Assembly (NCBI GenBank): GCA_964016885.1
Contig: OZ024743.1
Coordinates: 351,602,001 to 351,666,000 of the forward strand
Direction: 5' to 3'
Source of the DNA: Eledone cirrhosa
Taxonomy: Eukaryota
DNA length: 64,000 bases
Shown here: in pieces, positions 1-11,199 of the stretch
How the letters are laid out: every line of letters starts with the position of its first letter
How positions within the stretch are numbered: the first letter of the stretch is position 1
Program-made: the position numbers and the translations under genes
The notes under the pieces: generated by a model
Told to the model about the DNA's origin: nothing
Database searches by the model: none
The model's input: the letters and a program-made list of their open reading frames with translations, nothing else

Positions 1-47
1 GGAAGGAGTGTTTGATGATTCTTCCCCTCTCAGGAATAAGTGAACGA

Positions 48-50
<3 letters not shown>

Positions 51-131
<81 letters not shown>
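51..131. repeat. (TAG)n microsatellite
   Basis: Perfect trinucleotide run. Confidence 0.95.
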
Positions 132-334
132 CTATTGAATTAAAACCGGTATATGACTGGTACATTTTTTTTTTTATATATTATCCACCTATCCCATTTT
201 TTTTACACAATTGAAGGTTCCTAACTTTCTGTCCCCACCTATTTCATTTTAGTAAATTAGTAAATTTTCTTAAGTTTATTCACAGTTGTATAAAAAAGTA
301 ATATAACAATACAATGCTTACAGACCGAAAGCAC

Positions 335-745
335 ATCTGTCGGCCAACTACATTTTCCAGCCTGTGGCATTCGAGACGTTTGGGGGAGTCGGGCTATTGA
401 CTGCGTGATTCTTATCTTCACTGGAAACTCGCCTAACAGAGGTCACTGGTGATGCTCGTGAAGGCGCTTGGCTATTCCAGCGCATCAGCCTCGCCATCAT
501 CCGAGGTAACGCCGCGAGCGTACTGGCTTGCCTCAAAAATCCTTAGAGAGGTTTCTCAGTGCTCCTCGTGATACTATTATCTTTTGCTCTGGTAGCGGCT
601 CGGTTGTCCACCCCTTTCGCCTGCCTTTTGCTGTATGTAGTCCCAGATGTGTGCTACCTGCTTATGTTTTTCTTTTCTTTTCTCTTTTTTTTGTTTTTCC
701 TTTCCCTTTCCTTTATATTCTATTTGTTTGTGCTTTCGTTCTGTA
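335..745 (+). mobile_element. 3' fragment of CRE-like non-LTR retrotransposon (end of restriction-like endonuclease plus 3' UTR)
   Basis: + strand translates FQPVAFETFGG...REGAWLFQRISLAIIRGNAASVLACL, a typical CRE RLE C-terminus. Near-identical to the copy at ~7230-7610. Confidence 0.75.
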
Positions 746-1821
746 AGGGGTGAAAGGGGGTGAGCTTTGGGCCGAGGGCAAGAGTGCAGAAGTGCTGCGA
801 CTCGCTGACAAGACCGCAAAAGCATTCCCGTGGACGATGACCAGTGACACCTGCTGCAACAGCCACCCAACCTCGCGGGGTTCCCTCTTCAGACGGTCCG
901 CCTACGTTACGATCTTGCGGAGGAGCTCGGCTGTACGGGGTCTAAGTACGCCTGAGGTCTCGACGGCGACCGGTGCGAAGAGGAAGCGACCGGACAAACC
1001 CCGGTATTTATTTTACGTTCTTCAGTGAGGCGGGCCGCGATGCCGGGGTTTGTGGCCGAAGTTGCATGAATTCGAACGAAGAAACTCTAGTAAACTAGTA
1101 TTCCTGAATTTGTTTAGCCTTTTTCTTTATTTGCTTTTTACACAGCTTTTAATATTGAGTACATTGTAACCAACTTATTTAACTTCATATTCTGTCATTT
1201 TAATTCCGGTTGTGATTCTGAGAAAAATATTAATAATTCCTCTTATCATACTTCAATTTCTGTTACTCAAAGACCAACAATTACCAAAGAGAATCAATAA
1301 TTTCCCTTACCTTATCTAATAGCCTATCATTTTGCCCCCAGCTGTGAGAAAGTACTGGATGGATAATTTTGTTTATTTTACCTCATTTTCTGTTATTTGA
1401 GTTCAGTGTGCTAAAATTGATAATTTCTCGTAATTTTATTATATTCTCTGTTATTTAAACTTTGGCCCTTAATGTGTTCAGGTGAAATTTGAAAATTGTT
1501 TTTATTTGACCTCAATTACAAGTTATTTTAAAGGTATAATAATAGAAATTATTTAAATGTTTTCAAACACTTAAATAATTTCTATTGTTATGCCTTTAAA
1601 AAATTAAACTACTCAAACAAAAAACAGATATCGTTTGGCCATTGCGCCGTCGCGAAAAAAGAATTCAGCATCTAAACACAAAACATTCTAATATTCAATG
1701 TAATTGCTAATGTAAAAGGACGATGGTCATGGGTGGAACGTGTTTGAAAACTCGGTCAAGATTGGTCTGATGCTAACTAACAACAACACCTCATACGCAT
1801 AACTCACACACACCAAACTCT

Positions 1822-2025
1822 TTGCCATATTCCACACAAGGAAAGTATGCATTGCTTTGGAAAGCAACCTTTATTGGTTTGGAAAGTAGGCCGCTAACAG
1901 CGAAGTTCTTGTCTACACTGGCGGCTCATCTTACTGGGTGTCAGGTGATGTCCATTAGGGTACCTGGTTATTTCAGCGCCTTAACCTCGCCCGTGGTAAT
2001 GCTGCGAGCCTGTTGGCTTCCCTGA
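1822..2025 (+). mobile_element. Degenerate CRE-like 3' fragment
   Basis: Ends tggttatttcagcgccttaacctcgcccgtggtaatgctgcgagcctgttggcttccctg (WLFQRL..RGNAASLLASL). Confidence 0.55.
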
Positions 2026-2578
2026 AAGTGTGTAGCTTTAGGCGGAGTGGTCAGACATCCCGTCTAATTGAATATAATATACTGGCACATGGTCAAACAA
2101 GGAAGAAGGAAAATACCTCAATATTATGTTATGTGAATATTTTAATTAGAGCAATTAAATAATATAGTTAAATACATCAGTGCTCCTAGGTTGGGTAATT
2201 GTCAATAATTGTATTATGCCGCGACCGCATGGTGTGATATCGCTGTTTGGGTCACTGCGTGGAAACACGTCTATTCACAAGAGGCGATTGTTTCAGCTAC
2301 TGACGTCAGAACGTGACGTCAGAACTAAGGGCAGTTAATCGACTGCCTCCCACCAGATTTTTAGAAAAGTAAATAAAAATCGGTTCATCAAATCATGTAT
2401 GTAGAAAAACCAATTAACAACCAGCAAAAATCCCAAACCAAGGAGCAATCAGCCCAACCGAGCATGAAGGGCACAACAAATTTCAAAAATACGTCATATT
2501 AAACAAACATGCAAGAACGTGAAAAAAAAACAAATGTAATAAAATGTAAATACAATTTCCTAAAAGTTCCAATAGTCA

Positions 2579-5500
2579 CTACAGGATTAAAGCACCGCAC
2601 AATAGCAGTTTAAAAATATACCGCGCTACACAGTTTTTTGGGCCAATGAACCCTCCGACCGGAACGGGTCGTAATCTTATATCTTGGTGATGGGGGGGGG
2701 GGGGGGGGCACGAAGAAGCAGGTGTGTGTGCGAAAGAAAAAGACGGGGGCGTTTGTGGCTCAGGTGCGATAGCATCTGTGTCCAAATGTGCTCGTTTGAG
2801 TCTATCAATCGAAACCGTCTCTCCGGAACCCTTAATGTCTACAGTGAAATGTTTCTCTGAACGAGCTAATACACGGTAGGGTCCAGAGTATGGTTGTGTG
2901 AGAGGTGGTTTCACAGCATCGTTTCTCACAAACATATGGGTCCACGAGGCAATATCCCTCGGGACTGCAGATTTTACAGTTTGCTTCCTCGTATCCATCG
3001 GCGGCAGGTCCTGAAAATAAGAACGCAGACGGGATACGTAGGAAAGCGGATCCTGTTCAGCAAGATCGACAGGGACAAGCATTTGCCCAGGTAACGCTAG
3101 AGGAGCACCATATAACAATTCGGCCGGGAAGAACACAAGGTCCTCTTTTATTGTTGACCGAATCCCCAACAACACAATAGGGAGGTACTCGCTCCAGCGC
3201 GTAGAGTCAGAAGTCCGTAGAGCCGCTTTCAGTTGTCGGTGGAAGCGCTCCACCATTCCATTAGAGGCAGGATGATATGCGGTAGTTCGGATGCGTTTAG
3301 CGCCGATGATCTTCGTCAATTCATGGAAGAGGTTCGATTCAAACTGCCTTCCACGGTCCGTGGGTAATTGACGTTGGCACTCTATATCGAGCGATCCATC
3401 GAGACACAAGGGCACGCGCCGTGGTCTCAGCAGTGATATCCCTCAATGGGGTGGCTTCAGGCCATCGCGAAAAACGATCGATTACCGTCAATAAGTAATT
3501 GTAACCACCGCTGGTGGGCCAAGGTCCCACGATGTCCACATGAATGTGGCGAAACCGGGCGTCCGGGTTACTAAAAGTACCTAGAGGAGTCTTAACATGT
3601 CTATGAACTTTCGATTTCTGGCAAGCAACACAGGAACGGCACCAGACAGTAATTTCACGTCTCATATTTGGCCAGAAGAATCTAACCGTTATGAGTTTTA
3701 CTGTGGCAGAAGATCCAGGATGTGAAATGCCGTGCAAAGCAAGAAACACAGTTCGACGATGGTTCAACGGAACAAAAGGGCGGGGCGCATCCAAAGATAC
3801 GTCGCAGAGGATCCGTCTGTCTGCGGTCGGTAAAGGTAGGTATTTCATCCTGCAATTCACAAATTCAGACGATGTAACATCCAACGATTCGAGAGTAGGC
3901 TGATCGGCTGCCAATCGATTCAAATCTATGTCATCGGACGACGAGATCGAAGTAATCGGCGAACGAGACAGGGCGTCGGCCGCTGTATTCATATGACCCG
4001 GAATATGTTGAATATCACTTGTAAACTGAGAGATGTCTAGTTTCTCTAGGCGAGTATTTGTCTGCCTTTGCTTGCAAGGCGAATGTCAACGGCTTGTGGT
4101 CCGTGAAGATGGTAAACATTCTTCCCTCAAGCATGTGCGAAAAATGCTTCACTGATAAATACATTGCTAGCAACTCCCGTCCAAAGGTGCTGTAGCGGGT
4201 TTCAGCAGGTTTATGCTTCCTGGAGAAAAATTCCAACGGTTTCTGTTGATCGTTCCTACTTTGCTGCAAAACTGCGCCCACGGCAGTATCCGACGCATCA
4301 ACACAAAGCGAAAGCTTAGCATTGGACACTGGGTGAGCCAGCAAAGATGCATTGATAAGAGCAATTTTCGCATTCTCAAAATCCTCGAGCTGAGTTTCAT
4401 TCAAAGAAATGTCTTTATTTTTCTTTCGGCAATTTTTCAAAATTTCCGTCAAAGAGAAGAGTAGCTTAGCACAATTAGGCACAAACCACCTGTAAAAATT
4501 AATCAGCCCCAAGAATTGGCGCAACTGACGGAGTGAGGTTGGTGGAGGCAAATCCTCTATAGCTTTAACTCTATCAGGAATAGGTCGAATACCGTCAGCG
4601 TCAATGACGTGACCCAAAAAATTCAAAGATTCGGAACCAAAAACACATTTTGATGGATTAATCCGAACATTGTAATTCTTCAAACGACAAAATAGAAGTT
4701 CCAGATGGCGCAAATGTTGCTCTGGAGAAGAGCTCTCAACAAGAAGATCATCAATGTATGTGTATACAAAGTCGAGTCCGCGAGTGACCTCATCCATAAA
4801 TCGCTGGAAGGTGCTAGCAGCATTTCTTAACCCGAAAGGCATGGTGAAAAATTCAAAAGATCCAAATGGCGTAGTTATAGCCGTTTTCGGGATGTCGTCT
4901 CTGTTGACAGGAATCTGGTTGTACGCTCGTATCAAATCGAGTTTCGAAAAAATGTTACAACCTTGCAACGAGGATGCAAATCCTGCAGATGAGGGATAGG
5001 ATACCGATTCCGGTACGGTCATCGACTTCAATCTTCTATAATCTCCAGTGGGTCTCCAATCGCCAGAAGATTTTGGCACCATATGTAATGGATATGCCCA
5101 CGGGCTCGTCGAAGGACGAATAAAACCGAGCTGTAGCATATGATCGAACTCAGACCCTGCTGCTTTCAGTTTGTCCGCTGGCAATCGACGGGGACGCGAA
5201 AAAACCGGAGCGCCAGTTGTAGTAATAAAATGCTCCGTGGCGTGGCCTGGATCAGTGACTCTAAAATGTCCATGAGTCAGTTGCGGGAACGATGTCAACA
5301 ATACATGACATGGGTTTCCGGAGTTAGCAATGAAAAATGTCGGACTAACTGTAGAAACTTCTGCTGTCCTGCCACAAAGAGAAAAACCAGTAATATCGTC
5401 GACTAGGCGTTGGTGACGGACGTCCACCGTCAAAGAAAAATGGTGCAGGAAGTCCGCGCCCAAAATCGGGTATGGCAGGTCGACAACAGTGAAAACCCAT

Positions 5501-5700
5501 TTGAAATCTCGACGAAGATTTCGGAACTGAAGAGGAAGCGAGATCTGTCCAAAAGTTCTGATTGGTGACTGGTTGACAGCTTGCAATTCAATCGACGACT
5601 CGGGAGGAGTTACTATCATACAATTAACAGGCCAAATACTGTACGAAGCTCCTGTATCTACTAGGAAGGCTCTTCCAGACAGGAGGTCCTCTATGAAGAA
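2579..5700 (-). pseudogene. Gypsy-1 pol (protease, RT, RNase H, integrase), frameshifted
   Basis: FLVDTGAS protease near 5650. RT MPFGLRNA and YIDD, RNase H DAS...ELLA in 4015-5619. Integrase SHPG..Cxx[20 protein letters not shown] and GPY split over 3339-3992 and 2579-3415. Confidence 0.92.
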
Positions 5701-5988
5701 ATGGCGGTTCCGTTTTGTCTCGCAGAGTTCACTTGCCGCCTTTAGTGACTCTGTTCAACATTTCCTGAGGTCGAATAATTACACGAAGGTGGCATGATAC
5801 CAGCAAAATAATGGGTTGCTGGCGGGCGAAGTAGTACGCCAACGTGGAGTCGCGAAAGAACGCGTACGACTCCTAGGCCGCCGGGAATACGGCCTATTCT
5901 CCCTGCATAATCGAGCGACTTACTGCGTCAAAGCGTCAATAGCCTTCAACATGGCATCCTCGCGTGTCGAGACGGGCTGGTTCACACG

Positions 5989-6501
5989 TTAGGAAGCAAT
6001 ACGCGGGTCCGAGGCGGTAGCCTTTTTAGAAAACTCCACGATTCGATCCGTGGAGGCAGCAATTTGCTCCAAAGAGCTGGTGTCCACTATATTTGCCAAA
6101 ATAATTTGGACGTTGTTTGGCAGGCAAGAGAAAAATAATTTTTTTATAAAAGAATTATCCTGGTCGGGCGATTCACTGAGGTCCCTAATGTAGAGCAAAA
6201 ATTCGGACGGCGATCCGTCGCCTAAACAGTCATCCTCCAACAATGAACGAAATCTGCTTTCAGCAGAACGACTGTTCCTTCGAAGAATTTCTACCCGCAA
6301 CGAATCATAGGAAATACCGGCCGACGGGTTCGTGATCAAATCTTTCACTGTTATAGCGAGTGAAGAAGGAATACCACTTATTAAAAAGTTGAGCTTCTGC
6401 TCGGTTTTCACTTCGTTCGCAGCGAAATAAGCGTCGAACTGCGCAAACCAGAGCTTAGTATCACCTGAGAACGCAGGAAAACCAGGACCACTCATCGTCA
6501 A
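5989..6501 (-). pseudogene. Gypsy-1 gag N-terminal part
   Basis: FPAFSGDTKLWFAQFDAYF...LGDGSPSEFL is a typical Gypsy gag N-terminus. Stops follow downstream. Confidence 0.8.
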
Positions 6502-7229
6502 TCTATTTCCACATGGACGAATAAAAGTAAGTAATGTTCAGAACTACGAGAAAACAGCACAATATTCCTTCAACATCCATAAAGTTGCCGCAAGCAAAAG
6601 AAATTCAGTCACAGTACAAGAAATAGCAGCGAAAGTCCGAAGGGTGGTATCTGTGATTCGAGATAGTCATTATGAAACAAGATGGCGTCGCATTTCTTTT
6701 CCAAAACAACGATATGGTCGCGTGTCGAGGCTAAGCCAATCAGATGGCTGCATTTGAAGAAGAAAGACAATTTGCGGGAATGTTGGTTGGCCAGTCAGCC
6801 ATTGTGAAATTTTTTTTTTTTTGTATTAGACGAACAATTTTCAATTTAAAACGAATGGCGAAATTAAGTAGGCTCCATTTTCATACTTAATCGTCGAAGG
6901 TCACCACTTTAGGAGGAGTGGTCAGACATCCCGTCTAATTGGATATAATATACTGGCACATGGTCAAAGAAGGAAGAAGGAACATACCTCAATATTATGT
7001 TATGTGAATATTTTAATTAGAGCAATTAAATAATATAGTTAAATACATCAGTGCTCCTAGGTGCGATATCACACCGCATGGTGTGATATCGTTGTTTGGG
7101 TCACTGCGTGGAAACACGTCTATTCACTCCGAGGTATCACCGTTAAAGAGGCTATTGTTTCAGCTACTGACGTCAGAACGTGACGTCAGAACTAAGGGAA
7201 GTTAATCGACTGCCTCCAAAGTCGATCTT

Positions 7230-7610
7230 CTACATAGCTAACCGCTAAGGTGTGAGGTGCGGCCGATTATGACACTCGATGGTGAATCCTAAAATACTGT
7301 GATCTGTCGGCCAACTATATTTTCCAGCCTGAGACGTTCGGGGGAGTCGGGCTGCTGACTGCGAGATTCCTATTTCACTGGCGGCCCGCCTAACAGAGGT
7401 AACTGGTGAATCTCGCGAGGGCGCTTGGTTGTTCCAACGCATCTCCCTGGCCATCACCCGAGGTAACACTGTGACCGTGCTGGCTTGCCTCAAGAATCCT
7501 TAGAGAGGTTTCCCAGTGCTCCTCGCAATACTACTATCTTTTGCTCTGGTAGTGGCTCGGTTGTCCACCCCTTCCTTTATATTATATTCGTTTGTGCTCT
7601 CATTCTGTAA
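7230..7610 (+). mobile_element. CRE-like 3' fragment
   Basis: ILKYCDLSANYIFQP..ETFGG..REGAWLFQRISLAITRGN. Same family as 335-745. Confidence 0.72.
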
Positions 7611-8093
7611 GCATTATATTGGATTGGCAGTATCGGTAGAGGTTCGGACGCCATGCTTTGTAGCATAGAGTTACGGCTCTTTATGGTCTGAGTTCAAATC
7701 CCACCGAGGTTCACTTTGGCTTTCATCCTTACGGGGTCTGTAACGGAATATTTGTGTGGTTGTAACGATAATTGGATGGATGGATGTAACTGTTGGTATG
7801 GTGGTTTCGATGTAAAGAAAAATACCAGGATTGTGTTGTTACAAAGTTTATTTTATTATAATAATATTCAATTTGAATATTGAATGATAAAATCAATAAC
7901 ACAAAATATTCATACAATAATTTGGTGGCTCTTCGAGCCACGTAAATACAAATATCACAGAATACGATTATAATACAATTTGTACTGTATCCGAAAGATA
8001 CAATATGTATAAACAGAAATGGTGCGTGTGAAAATACAAACAGTGTGAACTTACTATGAATGCGTGTGTGCGTATCAGTATATTTGCTTGTTT

Positions 8094-8146
<53 letters not shown>

Positions 8147-8422
8147 ACGATCAGCCAGGCAGGAGAGGAAATTAGTGACAGACTGGTTTTTCGTGACGAG
8201 AGCTTGTAAATGCCACTTGTCTTGTCTGTATATCACTTCTTTTCTGTCGGGGCGTAAACAACCCCTGTATTTATAAGGGTTGAAGTTAGAAGGATAGATA
8301 TATCCTCTGAACTTCGGTTAGAGTCTACCAAGGGATTAGTTTGCCAAGCGTAAACAAGTTAGAAACATGGATATGTAGCAAGAGTTGCCTCCCTTGTTGT
8401 GACGATCACATCACCATTAGAT

Positions 8423-9053
8423 TGTAGCAGGAGTTGCCTCCCTTGTTGTGACACTCACATCCCCAATAGATTAACGCTCTCTAGACAGGAAGTAGAACCT
8501 TTTCTGTAACTTCCGGTCAGAGCCCTATAAAACTAACAACGTTAAGCTCCCCCTCTCTCATTTGCCCTTCCGGCGCCTGGCCTTCACCAGGCGTCTTCTG
8601 CTAGCCGCGGTCTCCTGGCAATCAAACGGTAACTAATAACTTTGCTTCATTCTTTCATCTATTCATTGACATGTCAACTATACTGTTCTATATATCCACA
8701 AATTGTTCATTAAATATTATACACACAAACCAATCGTCTTTGTTATATTCATACACACTAGTATTTTGCTATAATTGGTGACCCCCGACGTGATACGAAC
8801 ACGTAGCCGTTCACTGTTATAAGTGGTGACCCCGAAAAAAGAAAAAAATAGCAGAATCTGGTGTTGTGTGAGTAACATTACGAATACACAGCAAAATTTT
8901 ATTGACAAACTATGAAAATACGCAGTCAAAGAAACGAACACGCACATGTGAAATTTTCGATTCAGACAGACTATTTTTCTCTCACGCATCAACTAACTGT
9001 CGCATTTCACGATATATATATATATATATGTTTCTCGTTTCTTACAACGAACA

Positions 9054-9084
<31 letters not shown>

Positions 9085-10528
9085 GAAATTTGATTTTTTT
9101 TTTTTTTTTAAACATTACAACAGGAACATTTATTTTCGATGAATCTCAACCATTGCCTTTTTTCCGTTTTCTTCATCGTTCATGTTTTTTTTCAAAGTTC
9201 ACACCAAAAATAAAAAAAAAACAAATTGAACTCGCCATATTTGTTATGCTAAGTGAAGCCTTTCTTTCTTTTTCATCATTGTCACTTTCACACACACATT
9301 TTTTCAAAATGGCTGCCAACGACCTGTTGCACTATCATTTTCGCGCCATTTTCTCGCGCATTAGAAATATTATGTTTTCAACTTAACCTTGTTTTGACAC
9401 GTGTAGGCAGCAGGATTTCTCGACTCACAGAGATAGCCGTACGCCAGAGATAACGTTTCTCGCCAAGGATTCTCCAGCCTTAAGCTATATTCTTCTATTT
9501 GCCGGTTCATAAATTTACCACGTAAATTTGCCGTTGAAAACTGCGCATTTATTCAGAATGCTTATTTCTTTGGTCGCTGGCCTCTTGACCCTTCCAGGTC
9601 AATGCATTCTCAACATCGACCATCAACTTCGGCTGTTATTTCTAGCACTTGCGCAACTCATTTTTTCTGAAAAAAATATTTTTACGGTGAATTTAAACAT
9701 CGAATACGCTCACTCAGCGAGACAACAACATCAACAGCAACACAGCTTCATCAACAACCAAAACCAGCAGAACAAGCCAGAGAATTTATTTTTGCAGCAC
9801 TCTTCCTGTGAGAAAATCCATTCGGAGGTTGGAAATTTCACGATATACCACAGAACAGAAACCACCTGCATTCATTCTCTGGAACACACTTTCTTTCCTG
9901 GTGTCATGTGATTGCACACCTGTGAACTATATTTTGTACGTTTGAACTTTGAGCTCTTCTCTTAATTTATTACATTGTATCTTTGGGTGATGGATAGATA
10001 GATGTCCAGTCGTTCTCTGGCCAAGAGCGGTTGGCTACCTTGATATCTATCATTGATTTTTGCAAACATTATTTTTTTTCTCTTTTCGTAATTTTCATGC
10101 CTGTTACAACATTCTCGCCAACTTGCTACATACATATTTCATTCGATTTTTATATTTTAAAAATCTGGCGTGAAGTAATGTATCAGGAGTTGCCTCCCTT
10201 GTTGTGACACTCACATCCCCAATAGATTAACGCTCTCTAGACAGGAAGTAGACCCTTTCTGTAACTTCCGGTCAGAACCCTATAAAACTAACAACGTTAA
10301 GCTCCCCCTCTCTCATCTGCCCTTCCGGCGCCTGGCCTTCGCCAGGCGTCTTCTGCCAGCCGCGGTCTCCTGGCAATCAAACGGTAACTAATAACTTTGC
10401 TTCATTCTTTCATCTATTCATTGACATGTCAACTATACTGTTCTATATATCCACAAATTGTTCATTAAATATTATACACACAAACCAATCGTCTTTGTTA
10501 TATCCATACACACTAGTATTTTGCTATA
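8423..10528 (+). mobile_element. Complete non-autonomous LTR retroelement (TRIM/LARD-like, family N)
   Basis: Near-identical ~350-bp LTRs (8423-8773, 10179-10528), tRNA-Trp PBS at 8776, ~1.4 kb internal region without recognisable pol, TSD AGAT at 8419-8422 and 10529-10532. Confidence 0.9.
8776..8802 (+). promoter_or_regulatory. Primer-binding site complementary to the tRNA-Trp 3' end
   Basis: TGGTGACCCCCGACGTGATACGAACACG versus the expected tRNA-Trp complement TGGTGACCCCGACGTGATTTGAACACG. A second TGGTGACCCCG follows at ~8824. Confidence 0.85.
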
Positions 10529-11199
10529 AGATTAACGCTCTCTAGACAGGAAGTAGCTGGAGTTACTTCCCGTTGGAGTGGCAACCCTTTTTGTCACTTA
10601 CGGCTTGAGACCCTATAAAAGGGATACTCAGAGAGATCTCTCTCATTTGTCCTTTCGGCTGCTGGCTTCGGCCAGGCGCGTTCGCCGAGTCTCTACTCTC
10701 TGGCAACCCTAACATGGTCTCTTGCGAGCTAACTTCAAAACGGTAACAAATAACTTTACTTCATATTTCATCTACTCTTGACATGTCAACAATTCTATAC
10801 TACATAACTTCAACTTGTTAATTAAACATTATATACACAACTGAGTCTCCTGTTATATTCATACACACCAGTATTTTGTTATAGATATATCCTCTGACCT
10901 ATTTTCTGTCAGGCGTAAACACCTCTGACCTGTGTTTAGCCCCTCCCAAGGGGTTAGTCTCTTGAGCGTAAACAACTTATCACGGCTTGTCCCAGAGGCG
11001 GGAAAGCTCAGATTCGGTTTCGAATCTTCGCCACCGTTATAGGTCGATAAATAAAATACCAGTAATGCACTGGGGTAATTGCTGGCTTTGTGCCAAAAGT
11101 AGAAACAATTATTATATTTCTGTTTCTTTTTATTCATAGTGTTACTATTTTTCTTTTTTTTTATGATATAGACTTTATTGTGTTGTATCAGATGAAAGA

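Larger units (their letters stand above)
2036..7220 (-). mobile_element. Ty3/Gypsy LTR retrotransposon, two LTRs, frameshifted (Gypsy-1)
   Basis: Matching ~315-bp LTRs at ~2036-2350 and ~6907-7217. PBS TGGTGACC on the minus strand just inside the 5' LTR (~6899-6906). Domain order gag-PR-RT-RNaseH-IN. Confidence 0.93.
8374..10883 (+). mobile_element. Solo LTR of non-autonomous family N, interrupted by a full N element
   Basis: Pieces 8374-8422 and 10533-10883 join to match the LTR at 21236-21597. TSD GATA at 8370-8373 and 10884-10887. Confidence 0.85.
7739..11041 (-). mobile_element. Solo LTR of the Gypsy-2 family, interrupted at 8374-10883
   Basis: Colinear with the LTR at 15613-16334. Ends TGTAAC...GTTATA. 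4-bp TSD GGTC at 7735-7738 and 11042-11045. Confidence 0.88.
7620..11110 (+). mobile_element. tRNA-derived SINE split by a nested LTR stack (halves ~7620-7738 and 11042-11110)
   Basis: B-box gagttcaaatccc and core ctttcatccttacggggtc|gataaataaaataccag, which is continuous in the intact copy at ~30150-30335. Confidence 0.8.

Noticed and set aside
9528-9911. ORF shared by both N elements (also 20523-20960) as a captured gene
   Set aside because: No recognisable domain, start and C-terminus differ between copies, and similarity is explained by repeat identity. It may be decayed gag/pol.
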